Source of the DNA: an uncultured Leptospirales bacterium
Lineage (GTDB): Bacteria; Spirochaetota; UBA4802; UBA5550
Length of the DNA: 64,000 bases
Assembly (NCBI GenBank): GCA_964450405.1
Contig: CAYVCQ010000019.1
Location: 30,558-94,557, forward strand
Reading direction: 5' to 3'
Position numbers and translations under genes: made by a program. Positions 27,812 to 38,329 of this stretch are shown in pieces (position 1 is the stretch's first letter; every line of letters starts with the position of its first letter). The notes beneath the pieces are model-generated. The model did not search any database. It saw only the letters and a program-made list of their open reading frames with translations, and was not told where the DNA came from.

Positions 27812-28852
27812 ATGGAACTGTTAAAAAAAACAATCGAAAGAATCAGCGAGCTTCACAGTGATAAGATGGATGAGGCGCAGGAGAGGCTTAACAGTCTGCT
27901 TAAACCACCCGGTAGTCTTGGAAAACTTGAGGACATTGCACGGCAGCTTGCCGGCATAACCGGTAAAGTTAATAACAGCATTAATCACAAGTGCATAATA
28001 GTTATGGCAGGAGATAATGGAGTAGTTAAAGAGGGGGTAACATCATTTCCTAAAGATGTAAGTCTTCTTGTAGCCGAGACAATGGCTTCCGGAATTTCCG
28101 GTGTTGCTGTGCTGGCCCGTCATGCCGGGGCGGAGCTTAAAGTGGTCGATCTTGGTTTAGACGGCGAGATAAAGGCAGAAGGTGTAATAAACAGAAAGAT
28201 AAAAAAGTCGACTTCAAGTTTTATAGATGGTGCTGCAATGTCCCGCGACGAAGCAATAAAAGCAATTGAGGCGGGGATTGAAATTACAGAGGCTTCTATA
28301 AGAGATGGCGCCGATCTTATAGGAACCGGAGAGGTGGGTATCGGAAATACAACTACAAGCAGTGCAGTACTCTATGCTTTTACAGGCGCCGATCTCGACA
28401 AAATTGTAGGACGGGGTGCCGGTCTATCCGATGAAGGGCTTGCGTTAAAAAAAGATGTGATCATGAGAGGTGTTGAGCTAAACAAACCGGATCCATCTGA
28501 TCCGATTGATGTTCTTTCAAAGGTCGGAGGTTTTGATATAGCCGGACTTACAGGTGTATTTCTTGCAGCAGCAGCATGCAGGGTTCCTGTGGTAATAGAT
28601 GGATTTATTTCAGGAGTGGCTGCGGTAGCCGCATCAAAGCTTGCCCCTGCATCGATAAATTACATGTTTGCATCACATGTAAGCGTTGAGCCTGGCGCTG
28701 CAAAAGTTGCTGAGCTTCTGGGAATAAGCCCTATGCTGGACATGAATATGAGGCTTGGTGAGGGGACAGGATGTGCCCTTGCATTTAATATTATTGAAGC
28801 GGCAACAAAGATAATGAACGAAATGGGGACATTTGCTGATATAGGAATTTAA
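27812..28852 (+). CDS. cobT: Nicotinate-nucleotide--dimethylbenzimidazole phosphoribosyltransferase
   Basis: KPPGSLGKLE, GEVGIGNTT, GRGAG, GGFDI, DGFI, MRLGEGTG. Confidence 0.95.
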   Translation: MELLKKTIERISELHSDKMDEAQERLNSLLKPPGSLGKLEDIARQLAGITGKVNNSINHKCIIVMAGDNGVVKEGVTSFPKDVSLLVAETMASGISGVAVLARHAGAELKVVDLGLDGEIKAEGVINRKIKKSTSSFIDGAAMSRDEAIKAIEAGIEITEASIRDGADLIGTGEVGIGNTTTSSAVLYAFTGADLDKIVGRGAGLSDEGLALKKDVIMRGVELNKPDPSDPIDVLSKVGGFDIAGLTGVFLAAAACRVPVVIDGFISGVAAVAASKLAPASINYMFASHVSVEPGAAKVAELLGISPMLDMNMRLGEGTGCALAFNIIEAATKIMNEMGTFADIGI

Positions 28853-28865
28853 TGCTTTATGAAAA

Positions 28866-28894
28866 GGATGGCGGGTTTTATAAACCCGTCATCC
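28866..28894. terminator. Hairpin between convergent genes
   Basis: GGATGGCGGGTTT-TAT-AAACCCGTCATCC. Confidence 0.6.
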
Positions 28895-28902
28895 ATGATT
28901 TA

Positions 28903-29334
28903 TTATTCTTCACCGTAACATGCCAGCGGTCTGTATATTGCTGCTGCTGCAATACCGGCTAAAATATATTCAATAAGTCCGAATCCTGCCCATTTAAGCA
29001 CAAGAGATAACGGAAGAGAATAGAGAGCGAACTGATAGAAAGCTCCCAGTATATATGTCATAAGTCCGATGATAATACCGAACCTTACACCTTCGAGAAG
29101 ACCTCTACCCTCGTAACCTCTTACAAAAACATACATCATAAAATATGAGAAGATAAAACTGTTTACACGCAATATCCACATGTAAGACATCATGTCCGGT
29201 CTCCATACATTCACCATGGACATATAAACATTTCCCAGTATCAGCCCGTGAATAATAAAATCACAAACCTGAAAAACTACAAACACGGCAAGACCGCCGG
29301 CAAGAAATCTTTTAATATTCATATTATCCTCCAT
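28903..29334 (-). CDS. Small 4-TM membrane protein (DUF1761-like)
   Basis: Four hydrophobic segments; EG.RFG...GL; GGAGG SD suggests a start near 29322. Confidence 0.6.
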   Translation of the reverse strand: MEDNMNIKRFLAGGLAVFVVFQVCDFIIHGLILGNVYMSMVNVWRPDMMSYMWILRVNSFIFSYFMMYVFVRGYEGRGLLEGVRFGIIIGLMTYILGAFYQFALYSLPLSLVLKWAGFGLIEYILAGIAAAAIYRPLACYGEE

Positions 29335-29524
29335 TTATTGCAGCCATACATATGTATAGCTGAATATTATAGTGTCTATTAATTAATTTCAAGATAATCA
29401 TTTTTCACCGGAAAGCAAGTAAATACTTAAAACCTTCCATCATCATCTTTAATATTACCGGTTATTGACATTAAGTTAATATTGGCTTATCTTATAGGTA
29501 AAGTTTTTTAAAAACGGGGTTTAT

Positions 29525-30631
29525 ATGGGTGGTGAGGCTTCAAAGATTACAGATAAAAAGCTGATTTATGAAATTTTCCAGACGCGTTTTAAAGACGGGA
29601 AAATCTTTATAAAAACCTCTGATTTAAATATTCAGGTGGACTCCTTTGCCTTCGAGAATGAACAGATATCTATAACTATACCTGCTGCAGATGAAAAAAT
29701 AAACAGTGTGCTGTTTTATATCAGGGAGAATGATGAAGTTATTTTTTCACATGCGGTTTTAGTTTCTAAAAATGAAAGCGGCAGACTTATTTATGAGCCG
29801 CTGGATATTCAGATTCTTAAGATACCTAGAAAAGAGGAGAGAAAAAGTGTAGGATCAGTTGATAAACCCGGTGCTGCACCTTTATATGTTTCAAATATTA
29901 TTTCAGATTTTACAATTCATGAGTGTCTGGAACTTTCAAGAAGAAAAGTCGATATGATTAAGGATGAACTGCTTAAAAAGCTTATAACGATATACCCCGA
30001 TTCAGAAATTGTTTTTCTAAATGATAAATCGAAAGATCCCAGGATGCTCTATTTCACCAAAAAGAGAAAACCTTATTTTATTAAGAATATTAAAGATATG
30101 GAAGATCCTGAAAAGTTAAACAGCGATGAAGATCTGAAATATTATCATTCATATATTTTTGATAAAAATTCACTGGAGAACAGGGCTAAAATATTATCAG
30201 AAATTTGTGTTCCCCTTCTTTATAAAATGATGATGCCCTTCGGCTATGTAAAAACCGGCAGTCTGAAGGAACTAAGCGATGAAGACAATTCGATTTTAAG
30301 GAAATTCGGAATGTCTGCATCAACCGTATATACTAATGACAAACAGATTATAATAAGTTCAGAGGATAAGATTGCCGTTACGGATCTCTCAATGAGCGGC
30401 CTTGGAATCTTTTTTAAAGACCGCGTATTAATTAAACATTTTAAAGAAAACAGCCTGATTGTATTCAATATTTTTCTCCCCGAAAAAAAACAGGCGACTT
30501 TACTTTGCGAAGTAAGAAATATTGCAATTATAAAGAACTATGTTTACCGCATCGGTTGTGAAATTCTTAATATTGAAGCACTTGGAGAAGTATATTACGA
30601 GGAGTATATAGAGGGACTCGGATCAAAGTGA
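29525..30631 (+). CDS. Leptospira-type DUF1577/PilZ domain protein (putative c-di-GMP receptor)
   Basis: RKEER (RxxxR) and DLSMSG (DxSxxG) motifs; P..Y...PFGYV GAF-like middle region. Confidence 0.65.
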   Translation: MGGEASKITDKKLIYEIFQTRFKDGKIFIKTSDLNIQVDSFAFENEQISITIPAADEKINSVLFYIRENDEVIFSHAVLVSKNESGRLIYEPLDIQILKIPRKEERKSVGSVDKPGAAPLYVSNIISDFTIHECLELSRRKVDMIKDELLKKLITIYPDSEIVFLNDKSKDPRMLYFTKKRKPYFIKNIKDMEDPEKLNSDEDLKYYHSYIFDKNSLENRAKILSEICVPLLYKMMMPFGYVKTGSLKELSDEDNSILRKFGMSASTVYTNDKQIIISSEDKIAVTDLSMSGLGIFFKDRVLIKHFKENSLIVFNIFLPEKKQATLLCEVRNIAIIKNYVYRIGCEILNIEALGEVYYEEYIEGLGSK

Positions 30632-30876
30632 ATTTATTTGATTTTATATTCAAAATATTTTTCTGAGTCTGCTGAACTTTCTATAATTATTAAACAGAAA
30701 ATCAATTTTGTAAATGATTTTTCAAAAAACTCTCTTTGTTAAGGAGGTTTGAAAAGGGAATCGGCTGCTAAATTAAAAAATCTTTAAAAAACTTGTAACT
30801 TGTATACGTCATCACTACTAATTTTATTGAATTGATAGTGATTAAAGCTTCTAATAAAAATTAATGGAGAATCAAA

Positions 30877-31140
30877 ATGGGTAAAGGTCTAAAAATCATC
30901 ATTATGCTTTTTATTGCGCTCTCACTTGTAAACACAGGATTAAGTGCAGCGGATAAAGCTCAGACAAAATGTCCGGTTATGGGATGGGACATAGATAAGA
31001 GCAAATTTGTAGATTATAAGGGGAGCAGAATATATTTCTGCTGCGCAGGATGCCCGGAAGATTTTAAGAAGGATCCTGAAAAGTATATGAAGAAGCTTAA
31101 AGAAAGCGGAGTTGTACTGGAGAAAACTCCTGCGAAGTGA
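30877..31140 (+). CDS. Secreted YHS-domain protein
   Basis: Signal peptide; CPVMG, YKGSRIYFCCAGC..F..DPEKY. Confidence 0.85.
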   Translation: MGKGLKIIIMLFIALSLVNTGLSAADKAQTKCPVMGWDIDKSKFVDYKGSRIYFCCAGCPEDFKKDPEKYMKKLKESGVVLEKTPAK

Positions 31141-31152
31141 AATACTAACTCC

Positions 31153-31219
31153 GTCACGTTGAGCCTGTCGAATAAGGTATGTATAATTGTGTGACTCCCT
31201 TCGACAGGCTCAGGGAGAC
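31153..31219. repeat. REP-like palindrome, family E
   Basis: GTCACGTTGAGCCTGTCGAA...TTCGACAGGCTCAGGGAGAC inverted pair. Confidence 0.7.
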
Positions 31220-31365
31220 ATTCAGACAGAGTGGCCTGTTAGCAGATTAAATTTAAAAAAAATAATAGCATAATTTTATCATCCTGATTTTGTAGAAACA
31301 GATTTTCAGATTAGAGAATTCAGTCCCGGTGATATTAAACATAAAAGATTCAAAATGAGGACGTT

Positions 31366-32607
31366 ATGAAAAAGACACTGCTGCTTCTGCTGTTATTCGT
31401 TACACCGCTCTTCAGCGAGGGGAATGATCAGATCTTTACGATTCAGAATACTGCTCTCTCGCACAGTCCTAAGCTCCAAGCAATGGAGAAAGAAACATTG
31501 ATGATGAAGAGCCGTATCGACTGGAGCGGGGCTCTGGAAGATCCGAGGCTGAAATTCGGTGTGAACAATCTTCCTGTTGGTTCATATTCATTCACTAAAG
31601 AGGATATGACATCGAAAGAGATCGGCATAACGCAGATGATACCCTTCAGCAAACTCGGCGGAAAAACTGCCATCGCTGAGAAAGAATATGAAAAATCTCT
31701 CCAGAAACTTAAGAAAGAAAAAGTTGATACACTCCATGAACTGCGTATGAATATCTATGAACTTATATATACACGATCTTCCATATTAATACTCGAAGAG
31801 ATAAAAAAACAGATTAAACTTTTAATAGACAGAGAGGTGGCAGCAAGTAAATCCGGCGCGGGCACTCTTGCCAATGTGCTTAAGTCAAATATCGAATACA
31901 GTATGGCCGAAGAGGAACTTATAAATCTTGTGCAGAAAGAGCGGGAACTGACTCAGAAGATAAACTATATTTCCGGTGCACCGGCAGTTATTGACTTGAA
32001 AGAACTTCCGGTTCCGGAGTTTAACAATCTCTCCCCTGACGATTTAAAAAATGAGATACTTACTTCCAACCCCGAACTTAAAATGATAAAGATAGATATG
32101 GAGATAAGTCAGGAGGAGGTTCATCTTAAACAGATGGAGTATATTCCTGATATTGAAGTGGGATTCTCCTACATGCAGAGAGATAACGGCAAAGATATGA
32201 AGAGAGATGATATGATCTCCGGCATGGTTACAATGAATATTCCGGTCTGGTTCTGGAAAAAGAATTCACCAATGGTTGATGAGATGAAATCCAAAAACAC
32301 GGCAACAGATAGTTTCTACAGGGACAGATCGAATGATCTATCAGCCAGGACCGATATAATTATCAGCCAGCTTTCAAGGTGGCAGGAACTTTATACTTTA
32401 TACAAAGAAAAACTTATCCCGCAGACTGAACTAACACTGGAAACTAATCTCGCACGATACAGAACAGGCTCCGTTGAGTTTATGCCTGTTATTGATAATA
32501 TCAGGATGCTACTGCGGTACCGCAAGGATCTGAATATGGCGCTGAAGGAATACTACACGGTTTATTCTGAACTGAATGCACTTAAGGGAGTCGAGGTATT
32601 AAGATGA
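31366..32607 (+). CDS. cusC: TolC-family outer membrane factor of a heavy-metal RND system
   Basis: Signal peptide; Met-rich OEP-like helices; YIPD.EVG and Y..G motifs; operon with cusBA. Confidence 0.75.
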   Translation: MKKTLLLLLLFVTPLFSEGNDQIFTIQNTALSHSPKLQAMEKETLMMKSRIDWSGALEDPRLKFGVNNLPVGSYSFTKEDMTSKEIGITQMIPFSKLGGKTAIAEKEYEKSLQKLKKEKVDTLHELRMNIYELIYTRSSILILEEIKKQIKLLIDREVAASKSGAGTLANVLKSNIEYSMAEEELINLVQKERELTQKINYISGAPAVIDLKELPVPEFNNLSPDDLKNEILTSNPELKMIKIDMEISQEEVHLKQMEYIPDIEVGFSYMQRDNGKDMKRDDMISGMVTMNIPVWFWKKNSPMVDEMKSKNTATDSFYRDRSNDLSARTDIIISQLSRWQELYTLYKEKLIPQTELTLETNLARYRTGSVEFMPVIDNIRMLLRYRKDLNMALKEYYTVYSELNALKGVEVLR

Positions 32608-34001
32608 GAACTTCAAAAAGAAAATATATAGTCGTTGCACTGCTGGTTGTTGCGCTTGGGGGATTTTTTCTCACTCAGTTTTATCCGCATAAACATGATG
32701 GAAAAGCCGTAGATAAAATTCTCTACACATGTCCTATGCATCCTCAGATTGTCCAGGATACACCTGGTGATTGCCCGATATGCGGTATGAAACTCGTTCC
32801 TCTGGTCAAAGAAGAGAAGAAGATAGAGAAAGCTGAAAAGAAGGTGATGTACCGTTCGACGATGAATGCCGGAGAGGTGAGCGATAAGCCGGGTAAAGAT
32901 TCAATGGGTATGGATATGGTCCCATTTGATGTTGAGGGTGAAAGTGCCAAAGCGGGTGCCGATGCGGCCTCACTCCCGGGTCTTAGTCCTGTGACAATAT
33001 CAAATGAAAAGCGTGTGATGATGGGGCTTAATTTTGAAACTATAAAATACAGAAATATGTTTAAAGAGATACGGACATCAACGAAGATTGTTCAGGATGA
33101 AACCCGGCAGTACAGGGTTACTACAAAAGTCGGCGGTTATGTTGAGAACCTTTATGTAAATCAGACCGGTCAGTATGTGAAGAGAGGCGCACCTCTTCTT
33201 TCTATTTACAGTCCGGAACTTCTTGCGGCGCAGCAGGAGTATCTCTCGGCTATTAATGCGCAGAGTAAATTGTACGGCATGGACAAGTCAATGTCGGGAA
33301 GCATAGGTGATATCGCCGAATCGGCACGCCAGAGACTGAAATTGCTTGATATCACCGATGCGCAGATTGATAGCATAAGAAATTCCGGAAAGGTTAACCG
33401 CGATGTTACGCTTTATTCACCTGCGTCAGGTTATGTGATGGAAAAAACAATTCTTAAGGGGCAGAAGATTCAGGAGAATGATGCACTTATGGTTATAGTT
33501 GACCTCTCAAGAGTCTGGGGGGAGGCTGATATTTATGAGGCGGATATTCCATATATAAAAACAGGTATGTCGGCAGAGCTTACTCTGAGTTACTGGCCCG
33601 GAAAAGTTTTCAAAGGAAGAATTACTTTTCTCTCTCCAATACTTGATCCTCAGGCGAGGACTCTCAAAGCCCGGATAGAGATTCCAAATAGCGATCTTGT
33701 TTTAAAGCCGAATATGTTTGCCGATGCCAAACTTCATTATGCCATCGGGGAAAGGATTGCTGTTCCGGAAAGTGCAGTTATGCGGACAGGGACGCGTGAT
33801 TATGTATTCATTGAAGGTGACCATGAACTGATTGTTCCGTACGAGGTAAAACTCGGGATGCGTTCGGGTGACGGATATTATGAGGTTCTTTCAGGATTGA
33901 AAAAGGGTGAGAGAGTTGTAATTTCTGCAAATTTTCTGGTAGATTCAGAATCATCTCTTAAAGCGGCATTCAAGGCTGCAGCCTCCGAGCAGAAAAAGTA
34001 G
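32604..34001 (+). CDS. cusB: CusB-like membrane fusion protein with heavy-metal-binding domains
   Basis: YTCPMHP..CPICGM, KPGKDSMGMDMVP, YSPEL..AQQEY, FLVDSES. Confidence 0.88.
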   Translation: MRTSKRKYIVVALLVVALGGFFLTQFYPHKHDGKAVDKILYTCPMHPQIVQDTPGDCPICGMKLVPLVKEEKKIEKAEKKVMYRSTMNAGEVSDKPGKDSMGMDMVPFDVEGESAKAGADAASLPGLSPVTISNEKRVMMGLNFETIKYRNMFKEIRTSTKIVQDETRQYRVTTKVGGYVENLYVNQTGQYVKRGAPLLSIYSPELLAAQQEYLSAINAQSKLYGMDKSMSGSIGDIAESARQRLKLLDITDAQIDSIRNSGKVNRDVTLYSPASGYVMEKTILKGQKIQENDALMVIVDLSRVWGEADIYEADIPYIKTGMSAELTLSYWPGKVFKGRITFLSPILDPQARTLKARIEIPNSDLVLKPNMFADAKLHYAIGERIAVPESAVMRTGTRDYVFIEGDHELIVPYEVKLGMRSGDGYYEVLSGLKKGERVVISANFLVDSESSLKAAFKAAASEQKK

Positions 34002-34008
34002 GGATGAT

Positions 34009-37000
34009 ATGATTAGAAAACTTATATATTTCTCGGCTCATAACAGAATGCTGGTGATTATGCTGGTCGCCGCGGCTCTGGGATATGCAATTTTTACAAT
34101 GAATAATATACCTCTCGATGCTATTCCCGATCTTTCCGATACGCAGGTAATTGTCTATACAAAGTGGGACAGAAGTCCCGACCTTATTGAAGATCAGGTG
34201 ACATATCCGATAATTTCGGCGCTCCTTGGTGCTCCGAAAGTTAAGGCAATCAGAGGATTCAGCGATTTCGGATTTTCATATGTTTATGTTATTTTTCAGG
34301 ATGGAACAGATATATACTGGGCGCGGAGCCGCGTGCTTGAATATCTCTCGAAAATACAGGGGAACCTCCCTGCCGGAGTGCGGACTGAACTTGGGCCTGA
34401 CGCAACCGGTGTGGGATGGATCTTTCAGTATGCCCTTGTCGATAAAAGCGGTAAGCACGATCTGGGTTCATTGCGTGCATTTCAGGACTGGAATCTGAAA
34501 TATGCGCTTCAGAGTGTACCGGGCGTATCCGAAGTTGCCACCATCGGCGGTTTTGAAAAACAGTACCAGGTTATAGTAGATCCTAACAGGCTGCAGAGTT
34601 ATAACCTTTCTCTGATGGAAGTTATAGAAGCGATTAAAAAGAATAATAACGAGGCCGGAGGCAGGCTCATCGAGTGGTCCGGTAAAGAATATATGGTCCG
34701 GGCACGGGGATATGTAAAGAATCCTGAAGATCTAAAAAAAGTTGTGCTCAAAGCTGTAAATGGTACACCCGTACTGCTTGAAAATGTGGCTACAATAACC
34801 TTAGGGCCGCAGATCCGGAGAGGACTGGCAGAGCTTAATGGCGAGGGAGATGTTGTCGGCGGAATTGTTGTAATGCGGCACGGAGAAAATGCCCTTAATG
34901 TTATTAAAAATGTAAAAGCTAAAATTCAGGATATAAAATCATCTCTCCCCGAAGGTGTAGAACTGCTCCCTGTTTATGACAGGTCGGAACTCATCGAGAA
35001 GTCTATTGATAATCTTAAAGAGGAACTTATCGTTGAGATGATTGTTGTGAGTCTTGTAATTCTGCTTTTCCTCTGGCACTTCCCTTCGGCCATGGTGCCT
35101 ATAATTACAATACCGATATCTGTAGCAATGGCGTTCATCCCGATGTATTATTTCGGGATATCCTCCAATATCATGAGCCTCTCCGGTATCGCAATATCAA
35201 TCGGGGTACTAGTAGATGGTGCAATAGTCGAGGTCGAAAACGCCTACAAAAAAATTGAACTCTGGATTGAGAACGGCCGCGTCGGCGATTTCCACGAGGT
35301 AAGGCTTGAGGCTCTGATGGAGGTCGGTCCCTCGGTGTTCTTCTCTCTGCTTGTTATAGCCGTTTCTTTTTTACCGGTGTTTACGCTGGTAGATCAGGAG
35401 GGTCGCCTTTTTACACCTCTGGCATGGACAAAAACCTTAACCATAGGCCTTGCGGCGCTTCTTGCTGTTACACTTGATCCGGCAGTAAGAATGCTTTTCA
35501 CCAGGCTTGATCCGTTTAATATTAAGCCGAAGTGGCTGGCAAAAACTGCGGATACATTATTTGTCGGTAGATATTATCCCGAGGAGAAGCACCCTGTAAG
35601 TAAAGTTTTATTCAGGCTATATGATGGTCCCTGCCGGTGGGTGCTGGATCATCCAAGAAGAGTTATCGCCGGAGCTGCAGCTTTAGTTATTTTATCAATT
35701 CCAATATATTTTAAACTAGGTTCGGAATTTATGCCTCCGCTTAACGAGGGTACTGTCCTCTATATGCCTACAACCATGCCCGGTTTATCTGTAACCGAAG
35801 CAAGAAATCTTTTACTGATGCAGGACAAAATCCTGAAAACATTTCCTGAAGTGGAAACAGTCTTCGGGAAGGCGGGGAGAGCAGAGACTTCAACCGACCC
35901 GGCGCCATTCTCAATGATGGAAACAACAATACAGCTTAAGCCGTCAAATGAGTGGCGAGAGAAGCCGAGATGGTACTCGTCGTGGGCACCCTCTCCCCTT
36001 AAGTGGATTCTGCGGCGTATGTGGCCGGATAAGATTTCATATGATGAACTTATAACTCTTATGGATACGGCTATGCAGATCCCGGGTAATTCAAATGCAT
36101 GGACCATGCCTATCAAGGGGCGGATAGATATGCTCACCACAGGAGTAAGAACTCCCGTAGGTATCAAAATTTTCGGCTCGGATCTCATGGAGATACAAAG
36201 GCTCGGGTCTGAAATCGAGGCCTCGCTTAAGAATGTGAAAGGAACCAGGAGTGTCTTCTCGGAAAGGGTCGGCGGCGGTTTCTATGTGGATTTTATTCCT
36301 AAACGGGAAGCTCTTGCCAGATATGGTCTAAGCATCGATGATTTTCAATCTGTAATAATGGGCGCCATCGGCGGAGACACTGTTTCGACAACGGTTGAGG
36401 GGAGAGAACGTTATTCAATTAATGTACGATATCCCCGTGAACTCCGATCTGATGTTGATCAGCTGGAGAGAGTTCTTATAACTACAAACATGGGAGTACA
36501 GGTTCCTGTAAGAGAGGTCGCTGATATTAAGCTTAATTATGGCCCTTCGATGATCCGTGATGAGAACGGCCGTCTGGCCGGATATGTATATGTTGATATA
36601 TCCGATCGCGATGTCGGGTCTTATGTTGAAGAAGCTAAGAATATGGTGAAGAATAATGTTAAGCTCCCCGCCGGGTATACTCTCACATGGAGCGGACAGT
36701 ATGAAAATATGCAGCGTGTCAAGGAGAGACTGAAACTTGTTCTCCCTCTGACTATAATTCTTATTTTTGTTCTGCTTTATCTCAATACAAAGTCTGCATT
36801 TAAAGCGACTATTGTAATGCTCGCGGTTCCATTCTCAGTTGTCGGAGCTGTATGGCTTATGTTTATTCTAGGGTACCACGTTTCAATAGCCGCATGGGTG
36901 GGGATGATTGCGCTTATGGGGCTGGATGCCGAGACCGGGGTGTTTATGCTGCTTTTCCTTGATCTGTCATATGAAGAGGCGAAAAGGAAGGGACAATTAA

Positions 37001-37251
37001 ATACAATATCTGAACTGAAAGAGGCTATAATTCATGGTGCAGTAAAGCGGATAAGGCCGAAAATTATGACCGTAATGGCGGCCTCAATGGGTCTTATGCC
37101 TATTATGTGGTCCCTTGGTACCGGCGCGGATGTTATGAAACGCATTGCAGCACCGATGGTTGGAGGACTCTTTACTTCATTTATTATGGAGCTTCTTGTA
37201 TATCCGGCAATTTATCTTTTATGGAAAAAGAAAACTCTGGGAAGAAACTAA
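34009..37251 (+). CDS. cusA: CusA/CzcA family Cu/Ag RND efflux permease
   Basis: DAIPDLSDTQVI, GPDATGVGW, EFMPPLNEG..LYMP, RIDML.TG, RIRPKIMT. Confidence 0.92.
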   Translation: MIRKLIYFSAHNRMLVIMLVAAALGYAIFTMNNIPLDAIPDLSDTQVIVYTKWDRSPDLIEDQVTYPIISALLGAPKVKAIRGFSDFGFSYVYVIFQDGTDIYWARSRVLEYLSKIQGNLPAGVRTELGPDATGVGWIFQYALVDKSGKHDLGSLRAFQDWNLKYALQSVPGVSEVATIGGFEKQYQVIVDPNRLQSYNLSLMEVIEAIKKNNNEAGGRLIEWSGKEYMVRARGYVKNPEDLKKVVLKAVNGTPVLLENVATITLGPQIRRGLAELNGEGDVVGGIVVMRHGENALNVIKNVKAKIQDIKSSLPEGVELLPVYDRSELIEKSIDNLKEELIVEMIVVSLVILLFLWHFPSAMVPIITIPISVAMAFIPMYYFGISSNIMSLSGIAISIGVLVDGAIVEVENAYKKIELWIENGRVGDFHEVRLEALMEVGPSVFFSLLVIAVSFLPVFTLVDQEGRLFTPLAWTKTLTIGLAALLAVTLDPAVRMLFTRLDPFNIKPKWLAKTADTLFVGRYYPEEKHPVSKVLFRLYDGPCRWVLDHPRRVIAGAAALVILSIPIYFKLGSEFMPPLNEGTVLYMPTTMPGLSVTEARNLLLMQDKILKTFPEVETVFGKAGRAETSTDPAPFSMMETTIQLKPSNEWREKPRWYSSWAPSPLKWILRRMWPDKISYDELITLMDTAMQIPGNSNAWTMPIKGRIDMLTTGVRTPVGIKIFGSDLMEIQRLGSEIEASLKNVKGTRSVFSERVGGGFYVDFIPKREALARYGLSIDDFQSVIMGAIGGDTVSTTVEGRERYSINVRYPRELRSDVDQLERVLITTNMGVQVPVREVADIKLNYGPSMIRDENGRLAGYVYVDISDRDVGSYVEEAKNMVKNNVKLPAGYTLTWSGQYENMQRVKERLKLVLPLTIILIFVLLYLNTKSAFKATIVMLAVPFSVVGAVWLMFILGYHVSIAAWVGMIALMGLDAETGVFMLLFLDLSYEEAKRKGQLNTISELKEAIIHGAVKRIRPKIMTVMAASMGLMPIMWSLGTGADVMKRIAAPMVGGLFTSFIMELLVYPAIYLLWKKKTLGRN

Positions 37252-37259
37252 CGGACGAA

Positions 37260-37802
37260 TCAATGAGATTTCCTCGGATAATATTTTAACAGCCAGAATG
37301 CTATATTTACAGAAAGAATTATGGTGTCCAATATAATGCATAAAAGACACCATGCCATTATGAGTCTGGCCTGGGTGTATATTAAAAATAAACCTAAAAA
37401 TAATGAAAATATCAGGAGAAATTTGCACAGGTTTGCGAGATGAATATAAGTTATCTTCAATTTGAATATCGATATAGATAATCGCTTATAAATAAAAACT
37501 GTAGTAATAATAATGAATACAAATAAAAATATACTTAGAAGTGCGAATGGCACAGGCATGTGAAGTTTTGTCCCCAGAAGAAAATTTATCACACCGTCTA
37601 TTGTGGAGTATTCACTTGTATTAACCAGATCGCAATCGAATCCCCCTTTTAACCCGCTGCAGAAATCGACTGTTGATGGAATATAGTGGGCAACGCCCAG
37701 ATATATTGAGTCAGCAATTCCGAGAAATGAAAGGAGGATAATTGTCAGAATTATCGCAGAGTGTTTTTTATTGTTTTGATTATTCATATTTTTTATTATC
37801 AC
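37260..37802 (-). CDS. Vitamin K epoxide reductase (VKOR) family protein
   Basis: Loop cysteines FC...FDCDLVNTSEYS; TM CLLC motif; alternative ATG at 37787. Confidence 0.8.
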   Translation of the reverse strand: MIIKNMNNQNNKKHSAIILTIILLSFLGIADSIYLGVAHYIPSTVDFCSGLKGGFDCDLVNTSEYSTIDGVINFLLGTKLHMPVPFALLSIFLFVFIIITTVFIYKRLSISIFKLKITYIHLANLCKFLLIFSLFLGLFLIYTQARLIMAWCLLCIILDTIILSVNIAFWLLKYYPRKSH

Positions 37803-37882
37803 ACAAATGAATTTGTAATTGCCTATTATTTATCTTTGTTATAAAATAACACAATTAAACTATTTTGTCAATGGGAAATATT

Positions 37883-38329
37883 ATGAAAAAAAATGTAGTT
37901 TCATATCTAATTGCCGTTTTGATAATATTATCAGCGGGCGTAACCTTTGAGGGGTGTAAAAAAGAAACCCCGCAAGATGAAGATCAGACTGCAGCGGAAA
38001 GCACTATTAAGCCTGAAAATAAAACTGGTGAAAAGAATCCGGCAGGCAAATCAATTCTGTATTATTTTTACGGGACAGGATGCAGTAATTGTAAGAAAAC
38101 CGCTCCGATAATCGACGACCTCGAAAAGAAGTACACCCTGAAAGTTGTCAGATATGAAGTCTGGCATAGTGATACAAACAGGGCCCTCCTGATTGAGATG
38201 GGGAAGCAGATTAATTATGAACCCAAAGGAGTCCCCCTTGTAATATTTATGAAGAAGGCATATTTTGGTATTAACAGCATAATGGAAGTTGAGGCGGATA
38301 TTATTAAAATGCCTAAAACAAAATCCTGA
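37883..38329 (+). CDS. Thioredoxin/glutaredoxin-fold lipoprotein
   Basis: Lipobox FEGC; FYGTGCSNC (CxxC); cis-Pro loop GVP. Confidence 0.75.
   Translation: MKKNVVSYLIAVLIILSAGVTFEGCKKETPQDEDQTAAESTIKPENKTGEKNPAGKSILYYFYGTGCSNCKKTAPIIDDLEKKYTLKVVRYEVWHSDTNRALLIEMGKQINYEPKGVPLVIFMKKAYFGINSIMEVEADIIKMPKTKS

Noticed and set aside
37837-37851. Palindrome TGTTAT-AAA-ATAACA between VKOR and thioredoxin
   Set aside because: Six-bp AT-rich arms are expected by chance; no second copy found
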